Positions 27,795 through 37,137 of a stretch of 60,925 nucleotides of DNA are shown in pieces. A program made the translations under genes and the position numbers. This stretch comes from Polyangiales bacterium (lineage in GTDB: Bacteria > Myxococcota_A > Polyangia > Polyangiales > Polyangiaceae). Location: positions 1 to 60,925 of the forward strand of contig JBBRNJ010000057.1 of assembly GCA_038230375.1 (NCBI GenBank). Direction: 5' to 3'. Under the pieces are notes generated by a model that saw only the letters and a list, made by a program, of their open reading frames with translations, had not been told where the DNA came from and did no database searches. The number at the start of each line of letters is the position of its first letter. Position 1 is the first letter of the stretch.

Positions 27795-30242
27795 ATGACG
27801 GTTCGCGCCTGGCCTCTGGCTCTCGGGTTCGTCTTCTTTCTCGGCCTCAGTCAGACGCGTTGCGGGGGAACCGATCCCTCCACGTTTGGCAGCGGCGATG
27901 ATGCTGGCGACAACGGCGGCGGCGATGGTTCCACAGAAGGCAGCTCGCCCTTCGGCGGCGGCGGCGGCCCGGACGGGTCCGCATCGCAGACGTTCGACGT
28001 TGCTCCATCCACACTGCAGACCATCACGATCGCGCCTGGCGCAATGTCGCCCACGGTGACCTTCAACGCCACGCAGGGCGGCGCGCCCACGGCCGTTGGT
28101 TGGACCGTGGACCGCGGGGACATCGGCTCCATCGGCGCCGGTCCCACGGCCGCAGGCGTGTTCACGCCCAGCGGGAAGACCGGTGGTGTCGTCACCATCA
28201 GCGCCGGCAAAAACGGCAAGATCGTGAAGCGCCAGGTCTTCGTGAAGATCAAGGCAGACCCGCAGAACGGCGTCACCGCAGGCAACGCGGCAGAGGCCGG
28301 ACAGATCCCGGCGACCGTGGCTGCGCTCTCCGCGGGCGGCGGCGTGGGCGGCGTTGGTGGCGAGGGTCTGGGGGGCGCGGCAGCTCCCGCGGATGTGGCG
28401 GCGCTTGGTACGCCGGGAAGCAACGGCAGCGCGCAGAGCCTCGGGCTCCTCTATCCCTACGACCAGACCATCTTTCCGCGCGGTCAGCGCGCGCCGCTCC
28501 TCATGTGGAGCTGGACCACCGCGGATGCGGATGCGATCAAGATCGACATCGTCACATCGAGCGGCTCGTACGCGTGGAGCGGCACCTTCGGTCGTCCCGC
28601 CATCCTCGCCACCACGCTCGGCAAGTTCATCCGTCATCCCATTCCGCAGGACGTGTGGGACACGGCGACCAACACCGCGGGCGGCCTTGCGCCGGACGGC
28701 ACGCGCGACACGTTGAAGATCTCTCTCACCGTCGCGAGCGGCGGCGTTGGCTACGGCCCCATCTCGGAGACGTGGCGCATCGCGCCGGCGCGCCTCTCGG
28801 GCACCGTCTATTACAACTCGTATGGCACGCAGCTGGTGAAGAACTGGACCGCGCTCGACAAACAGAATCACTCTGTTGGCGCGGCCATCCTTGGCGTTCG
28901 CAGCGGCGACAACAACCCGAAGCTCATCGTGGGTCAGAACAGCCCCGTCAACGGCTCCGGCAATCCCTCGGATGACAGCGGCTGCCGCGTCTGCCATGTC
29001 GTGGCCTCCAAGGGTCGCTGGCTCGTCACGCAGGCCGAGCAAGGCTCGCCCAATAACGGACGCAGCTTCCTCTACGATCTGCAGGCCGCGAGCATTCCGG
29101 CGTCCGGCGTCCAGATCCCGCAAGAAGGCGTATTCGGCTGGATCGCAATGACGGGTGACGCGACGTATGGCCTCAGCAACACGATCAATCCGTCCTCCAC
29201 CAATCCGGCGATCACGAACTCGTCAGGGAACACCGCGACGAGCTCCTTCTGGAACTTCGGCGCGGCCCCCACGGCCGCCACACTCACGGGCTTGCCCGCC
29301 GGTCTTGCTGCTGGCTATCCGTCCTACTCACCCGACGACAAGATGATCGCCTGGGTCGACGTGACGGGCGCCACCAGCAACGTCATGGGTCCCCTCTACG
29401 TGGCCAACTACGACGCGACCACGCATACGCTGTCCGCGATCACCAAGGTCGCAACGCCCGCCGCAAATACGCGCATCGGCTACCCGGTCTTCTTGCCGGA
29501 CAACAGCGCGCTCATCTTCGAGACCCAGGTCCGCAACAGTCAGAGCGACAGCGTCATGGTCACGCGCAACGGCGCGCGCTCCGAGCTGTGGATGGTGAAC
29601 CTCAAGGGCGCGCCCACTCCGTTCCGCCTGAGCGCGCTGAACGGCATTCGCGCAGGCGCGTCGTATCTGCCGAGCGTGGCAAACAACCATGGCGTCGCAG
29701 GCGCAACGGACCCGCGGAGCAGCTACAGCGAAGTAGGCCAGGACGACACCACGCTCAACTACGAGCCCACGCTCTTGCCCCTGGTCGAGGGCGGCTACGC
29801 GTGGGTCGTCTTCACGGCACGTCGCGTGTACGGAAACCAGCTCACGGCCGTGCCGTGGCAGAGCTGGCCGCCGGACTACGACACCACGAACCTCTCACAG
29901 GCCACCGTGAAGAAGCTGTGGGTTGCGGCGATCGATCTGACCGCCCCCGCAGGCACCGATCCGAGCTTCCCCGCTTTCTATCTTCCCGCGCAGGAGATCC
30001 TCGCCGGAAACTCACGTGGTTTCTGGACGCTCGACCCATGTCGCGCAGACGGCACCACGTGTGATGCCGGCGACGAATGCTGCGGCGGCTATTGCGAACC
30101 GGGCGCTGGCGGCGCGCTCATCTGCGCCAATGCGCCTCCGAACAACACGTGTGTCGGCGCGCAGGACAAGTGCGTGAAGGACGCCGACTGCTGCGACGGC
30201 AACCACTGCATCGCCGGCTTCTGCGCCTCTGTCGTTCATTGA
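27795..30242 (+). CDS. Large myxobacterial lipoprotein with a TolB/PD40-like propeller region and a Cys-rich tail
   Basis: Signal ending in CGG, YPYD.TIFPRG, YPSYSPD, YPVFLPD, WVVFT.RR.YGN, DPS.PAFYLP.QE and terminal CC repeats. Confidence 0.75.
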   Translation: MTVRAWPLALGFVFFLGLSQTRCGGTDPSTFGSGDDAGDNGGGDGSTEGSSPFGGGGGPDGSASQTFDVAPSTLQTITIAPGAMSPTVTFNATQGGAPTAVGWTVDRGDIGSIGAGPTAAGVFTPSGKTGGVVTISAGKNGKIVKRQVFVKIKADPQNGVTAGNAAEAGQIPATVAALSAGGGVGGVGGEGLGGAAAPADVAALGTPGSNGSAQSLGLLYPYDQTIFPRGQRAPLLMWSWTTADADAIKIDIVTSSGSYAWSGTFGRPAILATTLGKFIRHPIPQDVWDTATNTAGGLAPDGTRDTLKISLTVASGGVGYGPISETWRIAPARLSGTVYYNSYGTQLVKNWTALDKQNHSVGAAILGVRSGDNNPKLIVGQNSPVNGSGNPSDDSGCRVCHVVASKGRWLVTQAEQGSPNNGRSFLYDLQAASIPASGVQIPQEGVFGWIAMTGDATYGLSNTINPSSTNPAITNSSGNTATSSFWNFGAAPTAATLTGLPAGLAAGYPSYSPDDKMIAWVDVTGATSNVMGPLYVANYDATTHTLSAITKVATPAANTRIGYPVFLPDNSALIFETQVRNSQSDSVMVTRNGARSELWMVNLKGAPTPFRLSALNGIRAGASYLPSVANNHGVAGATDPRSSYSEVGQDDTTLNYEPTLLPLVEGGYAWVVFTARRVYGNQLTAVPWQSWPPDYDTTNLSQATVKKLWVAAIDLTAPAGTDPSFPAFYLPAQEILAGNSRGFWTLDPCRADGTTCDAGDECCGGYCEPGAGGALICANAPPNNTCVGAQDKCVKDADCCDGNHCIAGFCASVVH

Positions 30243-30262
30243 TGTAGTCTCGGCGATCCTCG

Positions 30263-32509
30263 ATGGTGATTGCGTTCGAAGATTTTGAGCTCGACGAGCA
30301 CACTCGCCAGCTGCGCCAGGGCGGGCTTCCGGTCGACGTGCAGCCGAAGGTCTTCGACCTGCTGGTCTTCTTTGCGAAGAACCGCGATCGTCTGATCACC
30401 AGGCAGGAGCTGCTCAACGCCGTATGGGACGGCGTGATCGTTGGTGACGCGGCCATCTCCCGAGCCGTGCGCGAGGTACGACGCGCGCTTGCCGACGACG
30501 GTGAGGCCCAACGGATCGTGAAGACCGTTCACGCGCGGGGGTTCCGATTCGTGGCAGACCTGCGCGAGACGGCGACGGCAAACGTGCCCGCGGTCGCATC
30601 ACCGCCCGCGCGCCTTGCCGTCGTGGTCTCACCCGCGGATGACTTCGTCGGTCGCGCTCCGGCGTTGCGGCAGTTCGAGTCCTTGATCGCGGACGTGGCC
30701 GCTGGTACCGGCCGCTCCACGATGATCGTGGGCGAGGCTGGGATCGGCAAATCACGCTTGCTCGATCGCTTCGCCCGGATCGCGGAAGACCGCGGTTTTT
30801 CCGTTCACGTCGCCCGCGGCTCGGAGGCAGACGGTGTCCCGGCACTCTGGCCGTGGGAGCAGATCGTCAGGTCTGTTGCGGCCAGGCTGGATGCATCGCA
30901 GATGACACCCGAGGTCCGGCGCGCCGCTGCGGACATCGGGTTCTTGCTCGGACCCGACGCGCTCCGGTTCGGTGTCGCAGCGGAGAAGGCCGACGCGTCC
31001 GACGCCAGCGCCCGATTTCGCCTCCAGGATGGTGTAATTCGCTTCCTCGGAGAGGCGGCGCGGGTCATGCCGCTGGCGATCTTCTTCGACGACGTCCAGC
31101 TGGTGGACGCAGGCTCGCTCGCACTCCTGCACCACGCCGCTTCGCGTCTACGGGTCATGCAGATCGCGCTGGTGGCGAGCATGCGCGAGGCCATCGGCCC
31201 GCTGCAACCGGGCCTGACGCACGCCGCGGACGCCCTGACGCGAGGAGGTGGCCGCGGCCCGCTCACGCTGCGTGGGTTCGATGCGAACGAGGTCGCCCTG
31301 TTTGTGGAGCGCCAGACCGGCGAGCCACCCACGGCCGACGTATGCGCGGCCCTTCAGCAGAGGACCGGCGGCAATCCACTCTTCCTGGCGCACGTGATCG
31401 ACACGATGGGCGTGGACGAGGTCGCCGTTCAATCCGTGCGCGTTCCTCGCGTGCTGCGCGAGGCGATCGACGGGAGTCTTGCGAGGCTGTCTGACAACGC
31501 GGTGAACGTGCTCTTGATGGCATCCGTGGTCGGCGCAGAGTTTCGGCTCGTGGTGCTTGCAAAGAGCCTGGGCGAACGCACCGACGACCTGCTCGACGCC
31601 ATCGGCGAGGCGATCGAGTACCACGTGGTGCGTCGCGTGCAGGGGCGTATAGACACGTTCGCGTTCTCGCACGGGCTCCTCCGCGACACCCTGTACGAGC
31701 GCCTTGGCCTCGCGGAACGTGCCCACCGGCACGCGCTCGTGGGTGACGCGATCAGGAGCGCGCATGCCTCTGCGCTCGACCCCCACGTGGAGGAGCTTGC
31801 CCACCACTACCTGCGCGCGGCTTCCGTAGGCCATGCGGAGCTGGCGGTGACCTACGCCGCGCGCGCGGGTGATCACGCTGCCGCGCGCGCAAGCTACGAG
31901 CACGCTGCCACGCTCTATCGCGCTGCGCTCGATGCGCTGCCGCTCGCTGCGGAGTCAGCATCACGTCGCGGGCAGCTTCTTGTTCGATTGGGCTCCGCGC
32001 TCGGTCGCGCGGGTCGGCTCGACGAAGCCGGTACCGCATTTCGCGATGCCGCGGACGCGGAGCCGCAAAGGAGCACGCCCGTGCTCGAGAACGTGCAGGC
32101 GTTGCGCGACAGCTTCCGGCACCTGGTCGACCGCGCACCTGCGCTCACCAAGCGCTTCTACGCGATCCTGTTCGACCGCCACCCCCAGCTGCGCGGGCTC
32201 TTCGGTCGGCGCAACACGGAGGCCGCGCAGAACCAGATGTTCAGCGACACACTGATGGCGGTCGTAGACCGCCTCGAGGACGCCCCGTGGTTGCGTGCGA
32301 GCCTCGCGGAGCTCGGCGCGCGTCACGTCGCGTACTCGGTGACGGTGGAGATGTATCCGCTGGTCGCGGCGTGCCTTCTTGCGGCACTCTCAGAGGCCGC
32401 CGGTGACGTCTGGACGCCCGACGTCGAGAGCGCCTGGCGTCACGCCCTCGACTCCATCTGCGCGATGATGATCGACGGCGCAGCCACTGCCGAACGTCGC
32501 GCGGGCTGA
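30263..32509 (+). CDS. Winged-helix (CadC/OmpR-type) + STAND AAA ATPase + helical repeats + C-terminal globin regulator
   Basis: F.DFELD...RQL, VQPKVFDLL, ELL.AVW, VKTVH.RGFRF; FVGR, GEAGIGKS, FFDDVQ..D, TGGNPLFL, F.HGL.RD.LY; globin RFY..LF..HP..R.LF...Q...LGARH..Y.V..EMY. Confidence 0.85.
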   Translation: MVIAFEDFELDEHTRQLRQGGLPVDVQPKVFDLLVFFAKNRDRLITRQELLNAVWDGVIVGDAAISRAVREVRRALADDGEAQRIVKTVHARGFRFVADLRETATANVPAVASPPARLAVVVSPADDFVGRAPALRQFESLIADVAAGTGRSTMIVGEAGIGKSRLLDRFARIAEDRGFSVHVARGSEADGVPALWPWEQIVRSVAARLDASQMTPEVRRAAADIGFLLGPDALRFGVAAEKADASDASARFRLQDGVIRFLGEAARVMPLAIFFDDVQLVDAGSLALLHHAASRLRVMQIALVASMREAIGPLQPGLTHAADALTRGGGRGPLTLRGFDANEVALFVERQTGEPPTADVCAALQQRTGGNPLFLAHVIDTMGVDEVAVQSVRVPRVLREAIDGSLARLSDNAVNVLLMASVVGAEFRLVVLAKSLGERTDDLLDAIGEAIEYHVVRRVQGRIDTFAFSHGLLRDTLYERLGLAERAHRHALVGDAIRSAHASALDPHVEELAHHYLRAASVGHAELAVTYAARAGDHAAARASYEHAATLYRAALDALPLAAESASRRGQLLVRLGSALGRAGRLDEAGTAFRDAADAEPQRSTPVLENVQALRDSFRHLVDRAPALTKRFYAILFDRHPQLRGLFGRRNTEAAQNQMFSDTLMAVVDRLEDAPWLRASLAELGARHVAYSVTVEMYPLVAACLLAALSEAAGDVWTPDVESAWRHALDSICAMMIDGAATAERRAG
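32067..32086 (+). promoter_or_regulatory. Internal SD (AAAGGAG) + in-frame GTG at the globin-domain boundary, overlapped by the hairpin GAGCAC-GCCC-GTGCTC
   Basis: SD at 32067-32073, 7-nt spacer, GTG at 32081 in frame (codon 607). Confidence 0.45.
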
Positions 32510-32535
32510 AAGACCAGCCGCCGGACGACGGATCG

Positions 32536-32601
32536 GATCAATTCATGATCACGATGGGCGAGGATGATCACGCATCGATCCAGCCGGAATCAAGCAGATC
32601 C
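32536..32601 (+). promoter_or_regulatory. Phased RATCM repeats, candidate operator upstream of the globin gene
   Basis: Copies at 32536, 32547, 32566, 32577, 32588 and 32597 (11-bp steps within groups); ATGATCACG occurs twice. Confidence 0.45.
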
Positions 32602-32659
32602 ATGGCGCAAACCCTATGGTCCCTTCATCGGCGCACCGCGCCAGAAAAGGGAACCAACC

Positions 32660-33094
32660 ATGAGCCTCGATGTAGACGCGCTTCGTGACAGCTTTGCCGT
32701 GATTGCAGAACGTGAGACCGCGCTTGCCGTGCGGTTCTACGAGATCTTCTTCGAACGGTACCCGCAGGTGAAGCCGCTGTTCAGCCGGCGCAGCTCGGCG
32801 GCGCAGGCGCAGATGTTGACGCAGGCGCTCGGCGCCGTGGTCGCGCACGTCGATGAGCCCATGTGGCTCACGGGCACGCTTGCGCCGCTGGGCGCCAAGC
32901 ACGCCACCTATGGCGTGACCGACGAGATGTACGGGTGGGTCGGCGAGTGCCTCATCGCCGCGCTCGCGGAGGAGTCGTCCATCACGCCGCGCGCCATCTC
33001 TGCGTGGACAGAGGCATACGGCGCCATCGCATCCATCATGCAAGCGGGTGCTCGCGCACAGATCTCGGAATCCGCGGCGAGCCCGGCGCCTTGA
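32660..33094 (+). CDS. Single-domain globin (flavohemoglobin/Vgb-type 3-on-3 fold)
   Basis: FY (TyrB10), P..K.LF (PheCD1), Q (E7), LGAKH (HisF8), YGV..EMY, AW.EAY. AAAGGGA RBS. Confidence 0.9.
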   Translation: MSLDVDALRDSFAVIAERETALAVRFYEIFFERYPQVKPLFSRRSSAAQAQMLTQALGAVVAHVDEPMWLTGTLAPLGAKHATYGVTDEMYGWVGECLIAALAEESSITPRAISAWTEAYGAIASIMQAGARAQISESAASPAP

Positions 33095-33136
33095 GCATGC
33101 AGACAAGCCCCAAGGGCGCGGACCTCGAGCTCCGCG

Positions 33137-34192
33137 TCACGCGTGGTGGCGGATCTTGTTCTGGCTCGCGAAGGTGGCTCCGCAGAGCTTGTAGAGGAGG
33201 CGTGCGCCGACGTTGGCGTCCCACTCGTCTTCGGGGTCTCCGAGGTTTGGCGCGACCTCGTTCACGTCAAAGCCGACGATCTTCTTGCCGCTCTTCGCGA
33301 GCTCTGCGATGACGTAGCTTGCCTCGCGGAAGTCCAGGCCGCCGGGGACGGGCGTGCCCGTGTGCGGACAGAAGCGCGGGTCAAGCCCGTCAATGTCGAA
33401 CGACACCCATACGCGGTCCGGAAGGGCCGCCACGATCTCATGCGCGATCTTCGCGAACGTCTCGCCTCCGAACGCGCGTCGCGCAAGCTCACGATCGGTG
33501 AACATGCGCACGCGAGGGCCCTGCGCCGTGGTGTAGGCGATCTCTTGCTCGCACACGTCACGGATGCCCACCTGCACGAGCTTCTCCACCGCGGTAACGC
33601 TCTCGAGCGCGTTGTACATGATGCTCGCGTGCGAATGGATGAAGCCCTCGTATGCAATGCGCGTGTCCGAGTGCGCATCGAAGTGGAGGATGCCAAAGCT
33701 GCCGACCACGTCGCCCACGGCCGCGAATGCACCGAACGGCGTGGAGTGATCGCCGCCAATCAGGCCAACGAGCTTTCCCTTGCCGAGCAGCGCGGCGGTC
33801 TCCTTCTTCACCCAGCCGTTCAGCTTGTGCGAGAGCTCGTTCACCTCTGCGAGCGCCTCCTCGAGCTCGCGGTCACCCGCGACCTCACCGCCGACCTCGA
33901 TCACCCGCTCTGCCGCCTGGCATGCGCGCGCATTCCACGCGATCACCTCCGCGGACTCGGGGCGCATGAAGATGCCGGGCACGTACGGGGTCTGGAAATC
34001 CAGATCGAAGAGGTCCACCTGGTGGCTCGCCTTCAGGATCGCCGCGGGGCCGCGGCTCGTACCGCCGCCATACGACGTGGTCGCCTCCCACGGAACGGGC
34101 AACAGCACGAGGCTCGCCTCGGCCTCGGTGAAGGGCAGACCGAAGACACCGGAGGCCCTGGCCGCGGGTGCGTTGGGATCGAAAGCGCTCAT
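33137..34192 (-). CDS. Agmatinase/ureohydrolase family protein
   Basis: PVPWE.TTSY..GT..GP, GGDHS, HFDAHSD, SFDIDGLDP, TGTPVPGG. Confidence 0.9.
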   Translation of the reverse strand: MSAFDPNAPAARASGVFGLPFTEAEASLVLLPVPWEATTSYGGGTSRGPAAILKASHQVDLFDLDFQTPYVPGIFMRPESAEVIAWNARACQAAERVIEVGGEVAGDRELEEALAEVNELSHKLNGWVKKETAALLGKGKLVGLIGGDHSTPFGAFAAVGDVVGSFGILHFDAHSDTRIAYEGFIHSHASIMYNALESVTAVEKLVQVGIRDVCEQEIAYTTAQGPRVRMFTDRELARRAFGGETFAKIAHEIVAALPDRVWVSFDIDGLDPRFCPHTGTPVPGGLDFREASYVIAELAKSGKKIVGFDVNEVAPNLGDPEDEWDANVGARLLYKLCGATFASQNKIRHHA

Positions 34193-34267
34193 GCCCGGAT
34201 GTGTAGCAGGAGCCGAACGGTTCTACTGCTGGCAGATCTTCCCGAGCGCGGATAGCCTTCGGGGCGC

Positions 34268-34492
34268 ATGACCTACCGAACGCGTCGCACCCACACTCGC
34301 AGCATTCTCACGTTCGGCCTTGGCGCAACGTTGGCGATCACGCAGCTCGGTGCCGGCTGTGTTCCCGCGTCGCAGTACGAGCGTTGCGGCGGCGACGCAG
34401 CCACCGACGACGCGGGACGCTGTATCACCGGGCAGGCTCCGGACGCTGGCGGCGTTAGGGACGCCGGCACCAACGGGCCCGACGCGAAGTGA
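34268..34492 (+). CDS. Small lipoprotein-like peptide with a Cys pair
   Basis: Basic N-terminus, hydrophobic stretch, GAGC, C-x11-C and DAG repeats. GTGA overlap with the next gene. Confidence 0.55.
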   Translation: MTYRTRRTHTRSILTFGLGATLAITQLGAGCVPASQYERCGGDAATDDAGRCITGQAPDAGGVRDAGTNGPDAK

Positions 34493-35346
34493 CCCGCGAC
34501 TTCGTGCTCGACTGGCTTGGCGGCGCCGCCGAGAAGCGCTTTCGTCGGGCCCGGCCAGAGGACGCGACGTTGCCTTGGGATTCGTTCCGACCAGACGACT
34601 ACCCGGAGCGCGTGGTGGTCGACGCGCGCGCCTGGTGGACGGAGCTTGCTGCCAACGAGCTCGCTGCGGTCATCGAGTTCTCCAGCGTCCTCTCGGCGTT
34701 GGCCGTGGCCCAGGCGCCGCTCGATCTGCTCGGCATGTGCAGCGATTTTCTTGCCGACGAATGCGCGCACGTGGAGCTTGGCGCGCGCGCCGCCATGGCG
34801 CTCGGGGGCGCGGCGCCCAGGACCGTGGACTTCCGTCAGGCAGTGCACGCGCCTCCCGCCGACTTGACGCCAGGCCAATGGGCGAACGAGCGCGTGCTCC
34901 GCGTGAGCTGCGTCGCAGAGGTCCTCGCCGAAGCGGCCGCAGCGCGCACCTACGCTGCGTGCACTGAGCCGCTGCCGCGCGCGCTCTACGCCGACATCTT
35001 GCGCGACGAGGTGCACCACAAGCAGTTGGGTGTATTGTACATTGAATACGCGTACGAGTCGTGGACTGACGACGAGCGCGAGCGCCTGGGGCACGTGCTT
35101 GCCGACCAGCTCGGAAAGTTCCGAGGGCTCTGGGACGTGCCTTTGCGCACCCCCGTGGGAGCGGCCGCCCCCGAGCACAGACTCGGTTTCCTGCAGCGTG
35201 CGGAGCTGGCCCACGTCGCGCTCCACGCCGCGCTCACGGACGTGGTCGCCCCGCTCGCGGAGATCGGTGTGGTGCTCGGCGACGCAGAATTTGCCCGCGT
35301 ATTCGGCGCGGCGGTGTCGCGCCCCGAGGCCTCTGCCGCCAGCTGA
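34489..35346 (+). CDS. Ferritin-like di-iron domain protein
   Basis: NELAA, DECAH, VAEVL, RDEVHH. Confidence 0.8.
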   Translation: MTRDFVLDWLGGAAEKRFRRARPEDATLPWDSFRPDDYPERVVVDARAWWTELAANELAAVIEFSSVLSALAVAQAPLDLLGMCSDFLADECAHVELGARAAMALGGAAPRTVDFRQAVHAPPADLTPGQWANERVLRVSCVAEVLAEAAAARTYAACTEPLPRALYADILRDEVHHKQLGVLYIEYAYESWTDDERERLGHVLADQLGKFRGLWDVPLRTPVGAAAPEHRLGFLQRAELAHVALHAALTDVVAPLAEIGVVLGDAEFARVFGAAVSRPEASAAS

Positions 35347-35376
35347 CTAGCTGCTGAGCTGATTGCAGACCGCGAC

Positions 35377-37092
35377 CTACTGGCAGACGATGGCTCCGCC
35401 CATGGCCGTCTTTGCGGGGGCCTTGAGGTTGCTCGCGTCGGTGTTGGGGCACTTCTGCGCGGCCATCGCGCACCCGACGGTGCCGCCGAGGATCGAGTGG
35501 TTCTGGCAGACGAAGCCGCTGTTCGTGAAGCCGGGCATCTTGCCGGTGCCCGCGGGCGTGCAGTAGGTGCCGTCGTCCTTGTAGGCGCACGAGATGGCCG
35601 TGCATGCCTGCTGCTTTGCATACTGGTCGACCTCGATGACGCAGAGCTCGTCCCAGGTGTCGGTGCAGCAGTAGGAGTCGTGGCCGCAAACATCCTTCGC
35701 GGATGTGTCGCAGGTGGGGTCGAGCGGCGTGCCCTTGTCGCAGGCGTTGTGGTCGCACTTGCCGCTGGTGGGCTTGGTGTCCTTGCCGTTGCCGCACGCG
35801 GAGAGCACGTTCGAGCACGGCAGGCACACGCCGTAGCCGCCCGCGACCTGGTCGCAGTACATGTGGATCTTGTGGTCGCTCGGGCCGAACACCTTGTCGA
35901 GGAGGATCGCCGCGGCGATGCTGCCGAGGGGGCCGAACGCATCGCCCGCCACCTTGTTGATGTCGATGTCGGTGCAGTCCGTGTCCACCTTGCACGGCAC
36001 GCACACGCCGCACGAGATTCCGCCGGAGCCGCCGTCGCCACTGCCGCCGAGGCCCTTGATGGTGACGTCCGCGCACGCATGCATCGCGTAGTCGATGTTC
36101 GCGTCCTTGATGCCGCTGATGCCCGTGATGTCGCGGAGGATGCCGCCGACGTTCAGCTTGGCGCTGATGTTCTTGCAGTCCGGGTCGCCCGAGCAGAGGT
36201 TCGTGACGGTGTTGAACGGCGCCGGAAGCACCGCGACGCCCTTGCCGAGATCGGAGCAGCCCGTGGCGGGCACCACGCACTTGCCGGTGCCGCCGTTCAC
36301 GGGCTTCGCGCAGCTCTTGGTGGTCTTGCAGGCCATGCAGTCTGCGTCGCTCTGGCAGTCCGCGTCGCCCACAGCCTGCCGGCCGTTGGTGCCGCAGGTG
36401 GGGCTGCACGTGCCGTGATCGAGATCGCACGCGCCTCCACCGGCGCAGGCCTTGGTGGCGGAGCACTGCGAGCACTGGTGCTTGTTGCACGCGGTCGCCG
36501 GCGCCTTGCCCTTGGTGTTGCACGATGAACAGTCGGTGTCGGCCACGCATGCAGACGGGCACGCAGGTACGCACGCGCCCTGGTCGTTGCAGATGTCCGT
36601 GGACTGGCAGTTGGTGACGTCGTCAGGGGTGCAGCCGGAGCACTTGCCGTTCGCGCACACCTGGTGCTTCGGATCGCACGCGCCGCAGTCCGCGCCGGTC
36701 TTGCATGCGAGCGTGGGGTTGCCGCTGCCATCGACAGGGCAGGTGACGCCGTTCGCGACGCAGTCACCGAACTGCGTACAGTACTGACCCTGGCCGCACT
36801 GCGCGCCGTTGGTGTTCGGTCCGCAGGCGATGCAGCGGTGCTCCTTCTGATTGCAGATGCTCCGCGCGCCGGTGCAGTCCTTGCAGTCGCGGTCCAGGTC
36901 GCAGTCGTTCAGCAGGCAGATGGTGTCTCCACCGCCGCCGCCGCCCTGGCCGTCCGCGTTGGTGCCGCCTTCCTTGTTTCCTGGGAAGAACGTGTCTCCG
37001 CCGCCGTTATCGCCGCCCCCGCAGCCTGCGACTGCGCCACCAACCACGCAAAGGACAGCGACCGAACCCGCGAAAAGCTGTTGCCACTTCAT
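35377..37092 (-). CDS. Cysteine-rich repeat lipoprotein
   Basis: Lipobox VAGC, many C..D.DC modules, VC.HD.YCC...WD..CV. Confidence 0.8.
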   Translation of the reverse strand: MKWQQLFAGSVAVLCVVGGAVAGCGGGDNGGGDTFFPGNKEGGTNADGQGGGGGGDTICLLNDCDLDRDCKDCTGARSICNQKEHRCIACGPNTNGAQCGQGQYCTQFGDCVANGVTCPVDGSGNPTLACKTGADCGACDPKHQVCANGKCSGCTPDDVTNCQSTDICNDQGACVPACPSACVADTDCSSCNTKGKAPATACNKHQCSQCSATKACAGGGACDLDHGTCSPTCGTNGRQAVGDADCQSDADCMACKTTKSCAKPVNGGTGKCVVPATGCSDLGKGVAVLPAPFNTVTNLCSGDPDCKNISAKLNVGGILRDITGISGIKDANIDYAMHACADVTIKGLGGSGDGGSGGISCGVCVPCKVDTDCTDIDINKVAGDAFGPLGSIAAAILLDKVFGPSDHKIHMYCDQVAGGYGVCLPCSNVLSACGNGKDTKPTSGKCDHNACDKGTPLDPTCDTSAKDVCGHDSYCCTDTWDELCVIEVDQYAKQQACTAISCAYKDDGTYCTPAGTGKMPGFTNSGFVCQNHSILGGTVGCAMAAQKCPNTDASNLKAPAKTAMGGAIVCQ

Positions 37093-37137
37093 GCCCTTCT
37101 AATGTTGCACGAGTGGGGGCGATGGCCCACCTCGAAA

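Noticed and set aside
25890..29123. 1077-aa minus-strand ORF, and similar long antisense ORFs (e.g. 5519-7603, 51557-53698)
   Set aside because: Shadow ORFs opposite well-supported genes. High GC3 suppresses stops on the antisense strand, and the translations carry no motifs.
30263..32509. STAND ATPase as an antiviral Avs/NLR defence protein
   Set aside because: The N-terminal domain is a DNA-binding winged helix rather than a nuclease/TIR/SIR2 effector, and there is no defence-island context.
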